From Dendrobates tinctorius (taxonomy: Eukaryota), in NCBI RefSeq assembly GCF_039654945.1, contig NW_027361675.1:58342001-58406000 (forward strand): a stretch of 64,000 nucleotides of DNA, written 5' to 3'. Shown piece by piece: positions 50,946 through 64,000 of this stretch; within the stretch, counting starts at the first letter, position 1, and each line of letters begins with the position of its first letter. The notes beneath the pieces were generated by a model. That model ran no database searches and was not told where the DNA came from. It saw only the letters and a program-made list of their open reading frames with translations. The translations under genes and the position numbers were made by a program.

Positions 50946-53689
50946 CTCACAATCTAAGTTAATAATCACTATCTCTTAAAAGTGTCTCTTAAAACATGTC
51001 TTGTCATGTCTTAAAACATGAGAAAATACAAGTCGCTTGTAAAAGTTGTCATTGGGAGGATTTGAACTCAGAACTTCAGCACTGCAAAGCTACCATAGAG
51101 TTAAAGCTAACCACTGAGCTACCTTTTTGCCCATGTTTAAATGTTATACTTTCAGACAAATTGATCTCATCTGATAAAAGTGATAAATATGTATTATGCA
51201 AATCATACTATTTAATAATTATTTTTTCTTACCCAAAAATTCATTCATCAGTTCTGCCAATTATGATGTTTATTAGTCAAGATTTGAGGCGTAAAACTGT
51301 TTGAAATGTTGCAAAATATTTGTGCAAAACTTTTGGGACCTTTGGTGTTTCTACATCAGTCTTGGCTACTTTGGACCAATTTTTGAACACTGGCTAGAGC
51401 ATGGCTGAAACATGTCATGGCTGTGCGCACCTTACAAATTCATTATAATTTACATCACCAAAATGCACTGAAGTTGCACCAAATTCATTAAGAGGTTCCT
51501 GTCTCCTAATGAATTTGAGGCATTTTACTTCAGAGCACATTTAATTCAGACTGGCATGCTGAATGTCACTTCTGATGAAACGAGTCCTAAATTTCCCCAT
51601 TCTGTGTTATTTTCCGTTAACTGCTTGATGAAGACGACATGAAGAAGAATTACTGGAAGTGGGGGAGATTATTTGTCTCACTGCCCCTGCCTGCTCTTCT
51701 ATCAAACTACATAACAGACAAAGCAGAGGTGGAAAGTGCTAACCAGGGCTTCAATGTGGTTCTGGGTTATCTTCTACCCACATGATTAATTTTTTTTTAT
51801 ATACAAAAATGTAATTGTAAAGCTATGCTATAAGTTCTGCGAAGTATCATAAATAATTTCCTATAAAATGTTTGTAAATTAACCCTACAAATGTGACGTT
51901 AGCAGCATTCAACTTCCATTGTGTTGCCTTCTACTGGTCCTCATGAGTCCAGTTGTGTCAAGACCCAATGATCATATCAGAACCTGGCTAGTGCTGGACC
52001 AGACTTATCATATGTTTTCCTCTTGTTTGAAGTTATTTTTTTAGTTACTGTAACTTACTATTGAAGTAAATGAAGCCGTATATGATTGTACCAGAAATGT
52101 GTCGTTGTGTGACTGCTGCCAAGGCATTGAGATTTGTTTTAATAGACAGCCTTTCATCTTTCCGCTGCAACTTCAAAAACATGTTTAATGTTACTGCCCA
52201 AGGACTTTTACAAATCATTTAATAGCCTGTGTGCTTTCTCACATTCATTTATACATTTTTAATTTATATTATATTAGCTGAACTCATACATTTTCTTTTG
52301 AAATATTTGTGCATATGTTTAAGGTAGTTGAAAGTGTTTTCATGGTTGATAATATTGTAATATGATACAATACATATTGTAGAATATTACTTATCCTCAC
52401 TCAACAGTTTATTTTCTACATTTAATGTTAATTTACTATAATAAAAACTTTTACAGAAAACTTTACATTTTCCATTGCCCCAAACAAGCCCAGCTCATAC
52501 ATATGCTGTCATGTGCAAGTCAGACAGCTTAGCTATGGCCTTCTCTGATTTCATAATATTGGACTCAATTTCCTATATCTGGTCTAATCACTTAACATAA
52601 CAGCATTATAGAGGTCTATTGGGTAATTAGATTCATAAGTAGTGTTGAGCGATACCGTCCGATATTGAAAAATATCGGATCGGATTGGATCGGCCAATAT
52701 CCAAAAAGTATCGGGTATTGCCATCTCCGATCCCGGAAGTCCCATTCAAGTCAATGGGACTGAAATATCTGAATTAAAAAACCCCTTTCTTTCCTTGTAG
52801 GTTAATTCTACATGAAGAAAAACAACTAAGAATAATGTAGAATGTATTGGGGGAGGTGGAGGAGACATTAAAGGCATAGAGGTTTAGCCCAATCAAATGG
52901 AATAGCAGGAATAAATTTTTTTTTTAAGACGTTGGAGTTACAAAGATATTGACTATGTTAACCTCTTTTATTTTTTGTCAGATATGTATGTTTCACTACT
53001 TCCATGCTCTTCACCTTCTTTTTTACTTCTCCCACAATTTCTTCTTCATGATCCTCAGCAGCAGCAGAATCTTTTTCATCAATTTCTTCTTCACCTTATT
53101 CATCTTCTTCTTCACCTTCTTCCTATTATTCTTTTTTTACATTCTTCATATTCTTCTCATTCAACTCTGATTCTTCTTCATATTCTACTTCTTCATCTTC
53201 TTCCTATTCTTCTTCTTCATCATATTCTTATTTGTGACAGTCATTCCTGTAGTTGTTATCTATAAAAGTTTGAAGATTACACCTTCCGTTCTGCCTGTCA
53301 CAAAAGATTTACAACAGGATTTGTCCGCGTTCAGTTTGGCCTGCAGCAGCAGGCATTTTCCAGGGGCACTACGAGGAGGAATGGACTCACCCCCATACAC
53401 TGCTTAGTCTTCTTCTGCTTATAATTTAGATAATATCATTTGCTCTGATTTTTAGTCTTATGCTTAATATTCTTCTGCTTTTGGTTTTTCTGCTTCTTGG
53501 TCTTCTGTCTCTTGTTGTTCTGCATCTTGGTGGTTGTCTTCATGTTCTTTGTCCTCTTGGTCATCTTCTTCAGGGTCATCTTTTTGGTCTTCTTCGGTGT
53601 GGTCTTCAGGGTCGTCGTCTTCAGGGTCGTCATCAGGTAGATCCAGAGTGAGATCCAAAAACCATTTCCACAAGCTTGAACTTGGAAAA

Positions 53690-55110
53690 GTAGCAGAAGG
53701 TACAAGAAGACTGAGGACCTGCCGAGAACCAGCTGACGGTGCTGGAACCCTGATGGGTAGCAGAAGCTGCAAGAGCAAATTTAACTATCGAGGACCAGCT
53801 GATGCTGCTGGAACCCAGAGGGGCAGCAGAAGGAACAAGAGCCAATGGCACAACCGTGGACCAGCTGACGGTGCTGGAACCTGGTTACTAAGCAGGAGGT
53901 ACCTGTGCTAGAAAGCACTACCAAGGACCAGCAGACGTTGCTGGAAATCAGATACCGAGAAGGAGGCACCTAGGCTAAAGGCACTGCCGAGAACCAGCTG
54001 ACGGTGCTGGAACCCGGATGGGTAGCAGAAGGTACCCATGAAAAACAAAGTTGCAAGGCCGCGAGCCGGCCGCAGTTACCGAAACCCACAGTCCTACAGG
54101 AGGTGCTTGTCTTATTGACCCTACGGAACCAGCCTTTATTACCAGAACCCATAGCCCACATAGGAAGCACTTAAACAGCAGGCACCATAGGCTTGGCTAA
54201 CCCAACTGCAATACGACAGGACAACGTATTGGTGGCAAAGTGACGTTGACACTACCCGGAAACAGCAGGCGTGCTGGACCCAGGCTGGGCAGGAGGGAGT
54301 ACCCGTGCCAAAGAAACTGCCGAGAACCAGCTGACGGTGCTGGAACCTGGATGGGTAGCAGAAGCTACAAGAGTCAATGGAACTACCGAGAACCAGCTGA
54401 CGGTGCTGGAACCCAGAGTGGCAGCAGAAGGAACAAGAGCCAATGGCACAACTGTGGACCAGCTGACGGTGCTGGAACACGGTTAATAAGCAGGAGGTAC
54501 CTGTGCTACAAAGCACTACCAAGGACCAGCAGACGTTGCAAGAACTCGGATACCGAGAAGGAGGCACCTCAGCCAAAGGCACTGCCGAGAACCAACTGAC
54601 GGTGCTGGAACCCGGACGGGTAGCAGAAGCTGCAAGAGCAAATGGAACTAGCGAGGACCAGCTGACGGTGCTGGAACACGGTTAATAAGCAGCAGGTACC
54701 TGTGCTACAAAGCACCACCAAGGACCAGCAGACATTGCTGGAACTCGGATACCGAGAAGGAGGCACCTAGGCCAAAGGCACTGCCGAGAACCAACTGACG
54801 GTGCTGGAACCAGGATGGGTAGCAGAAGGTACCCATGAAAAACAAAGTTGCAAGGCCGCTAGCCAGCCACAGTTACCGAAACCCACAGACCTACAGGGGG
54901 TGCTTGTCCGATTGGCACTACGGAACCAGCCTTTATTAGCAGAACCCACAGCCCACATAGGAAGCACCGAAACTGCAGGCACCATAGACTCGGTTAACCC
55001 GACCGCAACACGACAGGACGATGTATTGGTGGCAAAGTGACGTTGACACTACCCGGAAACAGCAGGTGTGCTGGAACCAGGCTGGGCTGGAGGGAGTACC
55101 CGTGCCAAAG
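53690..55110. repeat. Complex repeat of ~66-bp units within an ~800-bp higher-order duplication
   Basis: Core GAACCAGCTGACGGTGCTGGAAC recurs; 53970-54310 is similar to 54770-55110. Confidence 0.9.
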
Positions 55111-56590
55111 ACACTTCTGAGCAGCAACTGGCAGTGTTGGAGCCCAGGGTCAATCAGGGTGTAGGCTGAGGCCTAATTTCATCAAGTTAAATATTTGTTG
55201 TAGACTACTACTGATTTTAAACGTGCTCCAACTAGGCCTCAGGCTCCACTCTGTCTCTAGTATTTACCCTGGCCTCCAAAACCACAAGTTGCTGCTCAGA
55301 AGTGGCGTCTGCACAATCAACACTTGTTCCTGTGTTACTGGGGTTCAGTAGCGTCTGCTGATCCCCTGATGTGTGTCCGGCAATGTCTCCTGCTCTGTCC
55401 ACATTCCCACTAATAGTAGTGGGAATGTGGACAGAGCAGGAGACATTGCCGGACACACATCAGGGGTTCAGCTGACGTAACTGAACCCCAGTAACACAGG
55501 AACAAGTGTTGATTGTGCAGACGCCACTTCTGAGCAGCAACTGGCGGGGTTGGAGGCCAGAGAAAATACTAGAGACAGAGTGGAGCCAGAGGCCTAATTG
55601 GAGCAAGTTTGAAATCAGTAGTAGTGTGAATGTGGAGGCAGCAGGAGACTTTGCCGTCCACACAGCAGGGGAGCAGCAGGCATTACTGAACCCCACTAAC
55701 ACTGGAGCATGTTTTTTTCTCTGTGCAGATGGCACTTCCGAGCAACAACTGGCTGTGTTGAAGCCCAGGATCAATCATGGAGCAGGCTGAGGCCTAATTG
55801 CAGCAAGTTGTATATGTGATGCAGTTTGAATGTGGAGGCAGCAGGAGATATTGCCATCCACACAGCAGGGGAGCAGCTGACGTTACTGAACCCCACTAAC
55901 ACAGGAGCTATTGTTTTTCTCTGTGCGGACAGCACTTCCAAGCGACATCTGGCTGTGTTGAAGCCCAGGATCAATCATGCAGCAGGCTGGGGCCTAATTG
56001 CAGCAAGTTTTATATAGGTTGTAGACTACTACTGATTGTAACCGTGCTCCACTTAGGCCTCTGGCTCCACTGTCTCTAGTATTTCCCCTTGCCTCCAACC
56101 CCACCAGTTGCTGCTCAGAAGTGGCATCTGCACAATCCACACTTGTTCCTGTGTTACTGGGGCTCAGTCACATCAGTTGATCCCCTGATGTGTGTCCGGC
56201 AATGTCTCCTGCTCTGTCCACATTCCCACTACTAGTAATGGGAATGTGGACAGAGCAGGAGACATTGCCGGACAGACATCAGGGGATCAACTGATGTGAC
56301 TGAGTCCCAGTAACACAGGAACAAGTGTGGATTGTGCAGACGCCACTTCTGAGCAGCAACTGGCGGGGTTGGAAGCCAGAGGAAATACTAGAGACAGTGG
56401 AGCCAGAGGCCTAAGTGGAGCATGGTTAAAAATCAGTTGTAGTTTGAATGTGGAGGCAGCAGGAGACTTTGCCGTCCACACAGCAGGGGAGCAGCTGGCG
56501 TTACTGAACCCCACTAACACAGGAGCTAGTGTTTTTCTCTGTGCAGACAGCACTTCTGAGCAACAACTGGCTGTGTTGAAGCCCAGTTCA
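55110..56590. repeat. ~180-200-bp repeat units in direct and inverted orientation forming two long hairpins
   Basis: Palindromes 55203-55626 (centre ~55414) and 56023-56443 (centre ~56233). Confidence 0.92.
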
Positions 56591-56648
56591 GGTGGTAGAA
56601 ACATGAACACAACAGGAGACCTGGATACTGTTGCCAACCAATTATTTA

Positions 56649-59600
56649 TTATGGAAGAGGACTGGCAAATTTTGGCGAGATCCAGGCTTTGTTCATTTTC
56701 AGAAAAGTAAGCCGGTCAACGTTATCGGAAGATAGTCGCGTGCGACGGTCTGTTAGTACACCACCTGCGGCACTAAAGACGCGTTCCAATAATACACTGG
56801 CAGCAGGGCAAGCCAGCACCTTCAATGCATACTGGCTAAGCTCTGGCCATATATCCAGCTTAGAGACCCAAAACTTGAAGGGGGAAGAGCCGTCTGGGAG
56901 TACACTGACAGGGCAAGACATGTGGTCTGTCACTATCTGACAGAAACGTTGACTCCTGCTGACTGGAGCCGTCTGTGATAGTGTAGACATTTGTGGCGGG
57001 CACACAAAACTTTGCTACATTTGGGCCATACTGGTCTTGCCTTGTGCTGAGGCGCTGCCTCTGCTCCCTCTTTGTGCAGAGCTTCCTCCACTGCCTCGAC
57101 GCACAGAGCTGCTGTGTAAAGCACTAGCATCACTGCTCTCGGGTGGAATGGAGAACATGATGGATTGCACCAGTGTCTCTTGATACTCCCGCATTTTACG
57201 CTCCCGGTTCAACGGTGTTATGAGGCTTTGTAAGTTGTCCCAGTAGCGAGGATCTAGGAGGGTGTACACCCAATAATCAGCCGTGTTGAGAATGTGGGCG
57301 ATGCGGCGGTCGTTTCTCAGGTACTGAAGCATGAAATCAACCATGTGCTGCAGACTCCCAACTGCCCAAGAAATGCTGTCCCCAGCTTGAGGCCTCATCT
57401 CTGCCTGCTCTGCTTCACCCCACCCTCGCTGTACATACTGACTAGAGCATTGTGTACCTCCCTTCTCTGGAGAGATGTCTTCCTCCTCCATTGACTCCTC
57501 CTCATCCTCCTCACAAAGTGTCCCCTGTCTAGGCCTTTGTGAGGAACCACGTAGCGCAGACTGTCCAGAAGCAGATGGCATTTGTGACTCCTCATCCTCC
57601 ACCTCTTCCAAAACCTCCTCCCTTAGTGCTTGCAGTGTTTTTTGAAGAAGGCAGATAAGGGGGACAGTCATGCGGACTAGTGCATCATCTGCATTCACCA
57701 TCCACGTGGAATCATCGAATGCACGCAAAACGAGGCAGATGTCCTTCATAGAGGCCCACTCAGTGGTGCTGAAGTGTGACCGGCGCACAGTGCGACTTGT
57801 TTGTGCCTGATGCAGCTGGTACTCCATTACTGCTGCCTGCTGCTCACACAACCGCTCCAACATATGTAACATTGAATTCCATCTGGTGGGTAGGTCACAT
57901 ATGATGCGATGTTCCAGAAGGCGCAATCGGCACTGCAGAGCTGCAATGCGCGATCTTACTGTGCTGGAACGCCGCAAGTGAGCGCACTCTATGCGGACCT
58001 TGTGCAGCAGTGCATCAAGATCCAGATAGTCCCTCAGAAAGCTCTGCACGACCAAGTTCAGCACATGTGCCAGACATGGGATGTGAGTGAGGTTGCCTAG
58101 GCCCAGAGCTGCCAACAGATTTCGGCCATTGTCACACACTACCAAGCCTGGCTGAAGATTCGCTGGCAGAAACCACACGTCGCTCTCCTGCTTGATGGCA
58201 TTCCAGTGCTCCTGCGCTGTGTGGCTTCGATTCCCCAAAGAAATTAATTTCAGTACGGCCTGTTGATGTTTGGCCACGGCTGTGCTCATATCAGTCGTAA
58301 CAGGCTCCTGCAGCGCTGATTCTGAGGAACTGGAGTATGAGAAGTCAATGTGTACAGACTGGATTCCTGCAATCCTTGGAGTTGGCAGAACACGTACAGT
58401 GCCACTCTCAAGATCTGTATCTGGCTCCACAACATTGACCCAATGGGCAGTGAGGGAAAGGTATCGTCCCTGTCCATGGTTACTGGTCCACGCATCGGTG
58501 GTCAGGTGGACCTTGCTACTGACAGCGTTTAGTAGCGCATGTTTAATTTTTCCCTCCACATGCTTTTGCAGGGCAGGGATGGGTTGCTTGCTGAAATAAA
58601 AGCGTCTGGGCACGTTGTATTGTGGGACTGCCAATGCCATGAAGTTCCGGAAGGTGTCAGTCTCCACCAGCCTGAATGAGAGCATTTCAAGGGCCAGTAA
58701 TTTGGCAATGCCAGTATTCAGAGATTGTGTTCGGGGATGGTTTGCCCAGTATGGCCGCCTTTTCTCCCATGCCTGTGCTACTGATAGCTGTAGAGTGGCC
58801 TGGGAGTGTGAGGATGAACGGGAACATGGTGCTGTGGGTGGAATGTCACTGGGTCTCTGGACAACAGTGCCAGAGGTTCTTCCTTGGCGATCCTGTGAGG
58901 AAGCCGAACCTGCTGTGTGTGAGCTGGAGGAAGAAGCTACAACACGAGCTGAAGTGGTGGTAGGTGGTGCTGTAGGTTGGCCTACATCTTCAGTGTGTCT
59001 CTGTAACTCCTCCACGTGCTTGGTCCGCACGTTTCCACATATTTGTGGTATTGAGGTTGCTGACATTTTTCCCTCTTTTGACTTTCTGATGACACAGCTT
59101 GCATTTGACAAAGCAAATGTCATCTGCAACTGTGTCAAAAAAGGACCACGCACTGCAAGTCTTGTGAGCGCCCGTTTTGGCTTTTGGAAGAGGAATGCTC
59201 CTAACGGGTGCCGAAGTGGAGGATACAGGCAACCAAGTCTGCCCCCTCCCTCTCCCTCCTGTTTTGGCCGTTCAGGGAATCTCTTCCTCAGAGCTGCTCC
59301 CACCACCTTCCTGCTCCTCACGCCATGATGGGTCAAGGACCTCATCATCTACACTCCCCTCTTCAAACACCTGCTTCTCCTGGGTAGTCTCGCCAGCAAC
59401 GTATGCACCAGAAAGTGGCACCTGAGTCTCGTCATCATCTGATGCATACTGAGGTGTGCTGACCATAGGCACTGGCCCACCCGCCTCTTCAGATTCAGAA
59501 GCACAAAGCAGTTGCGCATCACTGCATACTCCATCTTCTTCACATTCTTGAATGCTGCTTGGCTGGCCGCCTCTTTCCAAGCCAACAGATTCAGAGAACA

Positions 59601-59943
59601 AAATTAGAGACTGTGATGGCTCCTGTCCAGGGCTCTCTGACTGCCTGGGCACTTTGGCAGGTGGTGAAGAGACAGATGGTTGCTCTTCAGTGCTCTGGCC
59701 CTGAGAGGACATGGAAGTCATTGAAGTCGATGCATTAGCTGCCATCCATCCGATAACGGCTTCAGTTTGTTCCTCCCGCAGCAGTGGGGTACGGCGAGGT
59801 CCTACAAAGCTGCGCATATAGGACTGTTGCCTGCTAAAACTGGGGGATGTTGACTCACTGGTGCCCGCAGCAGGCACAGAATCCCCACGTCCTCTCCCTG
59901 CTGAAACTCCACACCCACGTGCCTTACTCCCTGCCTTCTTCAT
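56649..59943 (-). pseudogene. hAT transposase (BED finger + DDE + dimerisation), disrupted
   Basis: SAWSFF..CKLC..RTKH; HLTTDAW, VVCDNGRN, PCLAH, TRWNS, CPAASVLLERVFS; frameshifts ~59280 and ~59030, stop at 57015-57017. Confidence 0.95.
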
Positions 59944-60324
59944 CTTGGGAGACTGATAAAGATAGGCAGAAAAGTACAAAGGGGGGGCTTAGTGTGCTTA
60001 TTTCTGAACAGCTGCTAACAGGTATAAGAAACACTAATTTTATAAAAGTGTGTGTGTGGACTACACTTTAATATGAGCTAATGTGACCTACACAACTGTC
60101 AAATGTAGTGTTTGGTGAACTTTATTTTGTTTTGTTTTTTTCAAAAAAACAAAAAGGATGTGACCAAAGATTTGAAAGCGATAGTATCACAAACTTTTTG
60201 GAGCTATTACAATGCAGGAAGGTAACCTACAATGCAAAAGATGAGGCTCCAAAAAATAGGGTAATACTAATCTGGCTGCGGCTGAAGGGCACAAGCCAGA
60301 AAAAAGGCTCCTCTATCTAGTCCT

Positions 60325-60790
60325 ATATAGTGTTTGCAGCCAACCAATGTAGATGGATACGGATGGATGCACATTAATAGGAGAATGAAAAATGAGCTGC
60401 AATTAAAGAAAAATATGTATGTGGCAGTGACGCACGCTGAGCGGCCTACAACCAGACGTAGCTGTAGGACACACTACAGCGTGAGCTGCACTCACACACA
60501 GAGACCTCTCAGACAGCCGTGAACAGTGCAGAAAACTGGGAGCTAGCACTGAAAGGCTGCAGAGAGGCTCCGCTGTCTACTCCTTTAGTGTTTGCAACCA
60601 ACCAATGTAGATGGATACGGATGGATGCACACTAATAGGAGAATGAAAAATGAGCAGCAAAAAAAGAAAAATATGTATGAGGCATTGACACACGCTGAGC
60701 GGCCTACAACCAGACGTGGCTGCAGGGCACACTACACAGCGTGAGCTGCACTCACACAGACCTTGCAGACAGCTGTGAACACTGCTGCAA
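60325..60790. repeat. ~260-bp tandem duplication upstream of the hAT ATG
   Basis: TAGTGTTTGCA.CCAACCAATGTAGATGGATACGG at ~60328 and ~60587. Confidence 0.85.
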
Positions 60791-62134
60791 GGCAAAAGAA
60801 AGCTACAGTGGTTGATTATGTAGCCTGGATAAAGCATAATATGATTTTGAAAATCGCTATCTCTAACTGTCCCTCACAGTCTTGAACAGCAGCCTGCCCC
60901 TAACTGAATTCACAGCAGAGTGAACCCGAAATGGCGGTGGCTGCGGCTTTTATAGTGCACCATGACATCATTTCAGCAGCCAATCACAGCCATGCCATTA
61001 GTTAACATGCCTACTTGCATAACAGGATGTGCCCACACTTCTGAGGATTGTCATTGGCTGAATCAAATCAAACTGGCTCCTAGCATTGCGGTAACTTCCG
61101 ATTCCGGCATTCAATATGCTAAAAGTATCAGAACTCAGTATCGGAATTCCGATAACGTGAATATTGGCCGATACCCGATACTTGCGGTATCGGAATGCTC
61201 AACACTATTCATAAGTGCTGTTGGGACTTGCTTCCATAATATGGGTGCAAAATCGGCCCGCAAAAATACAGTAAGTGTAAAACCACCCTAACTAGGAGAC
61301 TCCTCTCTGCTCCCCGCAAACCCAACACTCCCATGTCTGTGCTAGCTTTAGGGCTACAACAAGTGGCTGAGGCTGCAGAAACACTAACAATCTATTTGAC
61401 ACTGTGGACCAGATATTTTATCTGCTATTTCGACAACCTGACGCAGTTCAGCAGAGATGCTGCAGCTGAATAGCCATAATCAATCATACCTAGACTTTGT
61501 TCTTACTCAGAAAGATGTCTTGAGCCTCATTCACATTGATTTTTGGCTCAGCAGATTAGACCAGTGGAAAGAACTAACCCAGTTTCTATGCACAAGTTAT
61601 CATGTTTGTGAGTTTATCATAATCTCATTGTTATAACCCATTGTATTTGGACTGGTCCTTATTTAACCTTTTTGTCATCTGTGTTGGTACCCTGTGCTAT
61701 AACATTATATATAGATGGTGGAGATCTTGTTTCATTTGACCTGATTTTGTTTTTATATTATAGCCGGTTGTCCTTTTTAAATGTTTTTAATGTCTACGTT
61801 TGGTGTGTTGTTAGTTTTTCAATAAATATTTAAGTCTAATGTGGTTTAGTGTATTCCTGCTTTCACAAACTTCTTTTCTCTCTTTTATGTGTCATTTGTT
61901 TTCCGGTTGATCCCAATAGCTATATTTCTGAGAGATGCCCTCTTACTATTTCTTGTTGCCCCCAAGAAAGGATAATTTTTGGACCAGTTACAACATTTCA
62001 GTAGTTTGAAAGGTTAGACAGTGTAGTTTAGACCGTGTAATGTGTTGTTAACAAGGCTATTGGTTACTACTATTTAGCATTCGTCTTCTCCCTGCCATAT
62101 AGCTTAGTATCCCTTGGATGCTAATAAAGTGTTA

Positions 62135-62541
62135 AGGGCCTGTCACACTAAGTGATATCGCTAGCAATATCGCTGTTACGTCACTGGTTTTGTGACGCAG
62201 CAGCGATATTGCTAGTGATATCGCTATGTCTGATACTTACCTCCGACCGGCTCCCCCGCTGCTCAACGCTGGTCGTGCGAGAAGGTCCTGGATCATTTCT
62301 CGTCATCAGCTTCCTGCTGGGCTTCTTGGGGCACCAACGAGAGACGCATGTACGTGGGCAGGAGGACGTCAGGATCGCCTCGTCTGACAGGTAAGTAACA
62401 ACCCCCGACCACTGCTATGTCGCTAGTCAGATCTGCCTGTGTGGCAGCTCACTAGCGACCACTTAGCGATGCACCAGTGATCCTGACCACGTCATATCGC
62501 TGGTCGGGATCGCTAGTGCATCGTTAAGTGTGACTGTACCT
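62135..62541. mobile_element. PIF/Harbinger-type MITE
   Basis: TTA-AGGGCCTGTCACACTAAG...TTAAGTGTGACTGTACCT-TTA; homologous to 25093-25552. Confidence 0.82.
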
Positions 62542-62727
62542 TTATACACATCTCTTCTGAGCAATTGCAGCTTTGCATTATTGACTTTCATGGCTAATTT
62601 ATTTGATGCAAATCAACTTTTTTTTAGATAAACTGGAGAATTAGAATTTCAAAAGATTTACTCACCTCCAGTTATTACCTATTCTATTGATAAAGGATAT
62701 CTTTAATTCTTAGTCCAAACACTTTAA

Positions 62728-63067
62728 AGTAAACCTGTCAGCAGTTTTGGCTGATATAAGATGCAGTACTTTACTCTGCCCTCAACAGGACAGATAAGTA
62801 TGCCTCTGCAGGAGCGCGATGCTGGGGAGCAGTGAAGCAAGCAGGAGGGCGGCATCGCCAAAAGATGGGAGGCGCCGGACCCAGACCTGCGATACCCATC
62901 GGACCAGATCGCACCGAACCGCCCCTCAGGTGAGTATAATTAAACTTATTTTTCTTATATTGGAGGTCGGATCAGGGGCTTATCTACAGCATTATAGGAT
63001 GCTATAGGTAAGCCCTGATAGGCAGTGGCTGCATCTTAAATCGGCCAAAACTGCTGACAGGTTCGCT
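62728..63067. mobile_element. T2/Kolobok-type MITE
   Basis: TTAA-AGTAAACCTGTCAGCAGTTTTGGC...GCCAAAACTGCTGACAGGTTCGCT-TTAA. Confidence 0.85.
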
Positions 63068-63548
63068 TTAAATGCAATGCCTGTATTAGTGACACTGACT
63101 TTATTCTTAAATGAATAGAAATATCATTTATACTATATTGTTATCTGTATGCTACAAATGTAAATAGAATTGTCATAAGGATAGTTTTGTTTTGTTTGCA
63201 AAAGCATGAAGCCTACGCTGCCATCAGTGTCACAACACATTAATGCATACAGATTTTCCACAGTCTAAATTTACAGTGATATAAAAGTTGTTGACAGCAA
63301 AGTCTGGTGCTACCTTCATATTTCACAATGCATTATGTGCTTATTTAATTGAAGAATGATCAGACAGCAGAAGGATTTAGCATAACCCTTTAGGCTTTTA
63401 CACAAATTCCAAAATTATTTGCGTATCATTATTGAGGGTGATGCTGGACTTGCCTTTTTTCTATTAAAACTTAGTTTCTACAAAGTTGTATATTCTTCTT
63501 CACTATAACTTTGCTTATATTGAGTCTATGTGAATGGGTAACATTTTA

Positions 63549-64000
63549 CATTGTACAAAACAAATGATCTGCAAATACACTCACTTACCCACCTTGGCAT
63601 GCTATTAATGAACTTATTAGTGTTTGAGGAATTTCTTGACACACTGAATGCACTTGGGCACGTAAATCATCAAGTTCCACTGAAAGCAGCTTCCTTTGCA
63701 ATTGCCAGTCAATGACGGCCTAGATGTGCAGACCATGGTAGCATGTTTAAGCCATATTAACAGTATTACAAGCCTGGCTCCTGTGACACATTCACATTCC
63801 CTCATCAAAGACTCTTCATGGTGTTGCACATGTAATCTCCAAATCTTTCTCTTGCAATCATTGCACTCAAAACAAAAGCGGAACTCTTCGCTGAAGAAGA
63901 TGCACCTCCATTCCAGCTTCCATTGAGTGCAACTGGGATGTCATTGGTCAACATTTGCAAAAGGAGCTGCAAGCAGTGGATCTTGATAATTTGTGCACAC
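63549..64000. mobile_element. Degenerate Tc1-like relic with the transposase C-terminus in both orientations (runs off the window)
   Basis: Minus strand LDDLRAQVHSVCQEIPQT and SMPRWVSECI; plus strand IECNWDVIGQHLQKELQAVDLDNLC. Confidence 0.7.

Larger units (their letters stand above)
52640..61207 (-). mobile_element. Large hAT (Ac family) transposon of a second family, 8.6 kb
   Basis: TIR TAGTGTTGAGC...GCTCAACACTA; exact TSD TTCATAAG (52632-52639, 61208-61215); CCGATA-rich subtermini. Confidence 0.97.

Noticed and set aside
61290-61830. Possible further Penelope pseudo-LTR fragment
   Set aside because: Only compositional resemblance (T-rich tail, AATAAA); no hammerhead, ORF or TSD found.
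63580-63830. Host exon ending in a GG|GTAAGT donor on the minus strand
   Set aside because: The sequence reads as a Tc1 transposase C-terminus (SMPRWVSECI); the donor match is coincidental.

Overview
Vertebrate non-genic DNA, AT-rich and dominated by transposable elements. The repeat repertoire (T2/Kolobok, Harbinger and hAT MITEs, CR1, Neptune-type Penelope, Gypsy LTRs, Tc1) suggests a frog genome; this is inference. No host exon could be supported. The only intact CDS is a 340-aa DD34E Tc1 transposase between perfect ~207-bp TIRs (3616-5221). About 27 kb is three large Ac-family hAT elements, each with an exact 8-bp TSD and a minus-strand transposase: 7811-15451 (deletion derivative carrying a solo LTR that carries a Penelope element), 28941-39605 and 52640-61207 (near full-length, disrupted ORFs). 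These hATs carry cargo. The 28941-39605 element is a chimera: its left arm comes from the LTR-disrupted lineage seen at 7811, joined through a decayed ~480-bp 18S rRNA fragment (antisense to the transposase) and a ~25 x 124-bp satellite to a full-length transposase gene. Homologous ~130-bp arrays lie between promoter and ATG in two of the elements but are independently homogenised. The third hAT carries twin ~210-bp-arm hairpins, 66-bp repeats and a possibly spliced acidic module. Also present: a non-autonomous two-LTR retroelement with a tRNA-Ser(CGA) PBS, three more solo LTRs and hammerhead-ribozyme relics. All calls were made by eye; family names rest on recalled motifs, not database searches.
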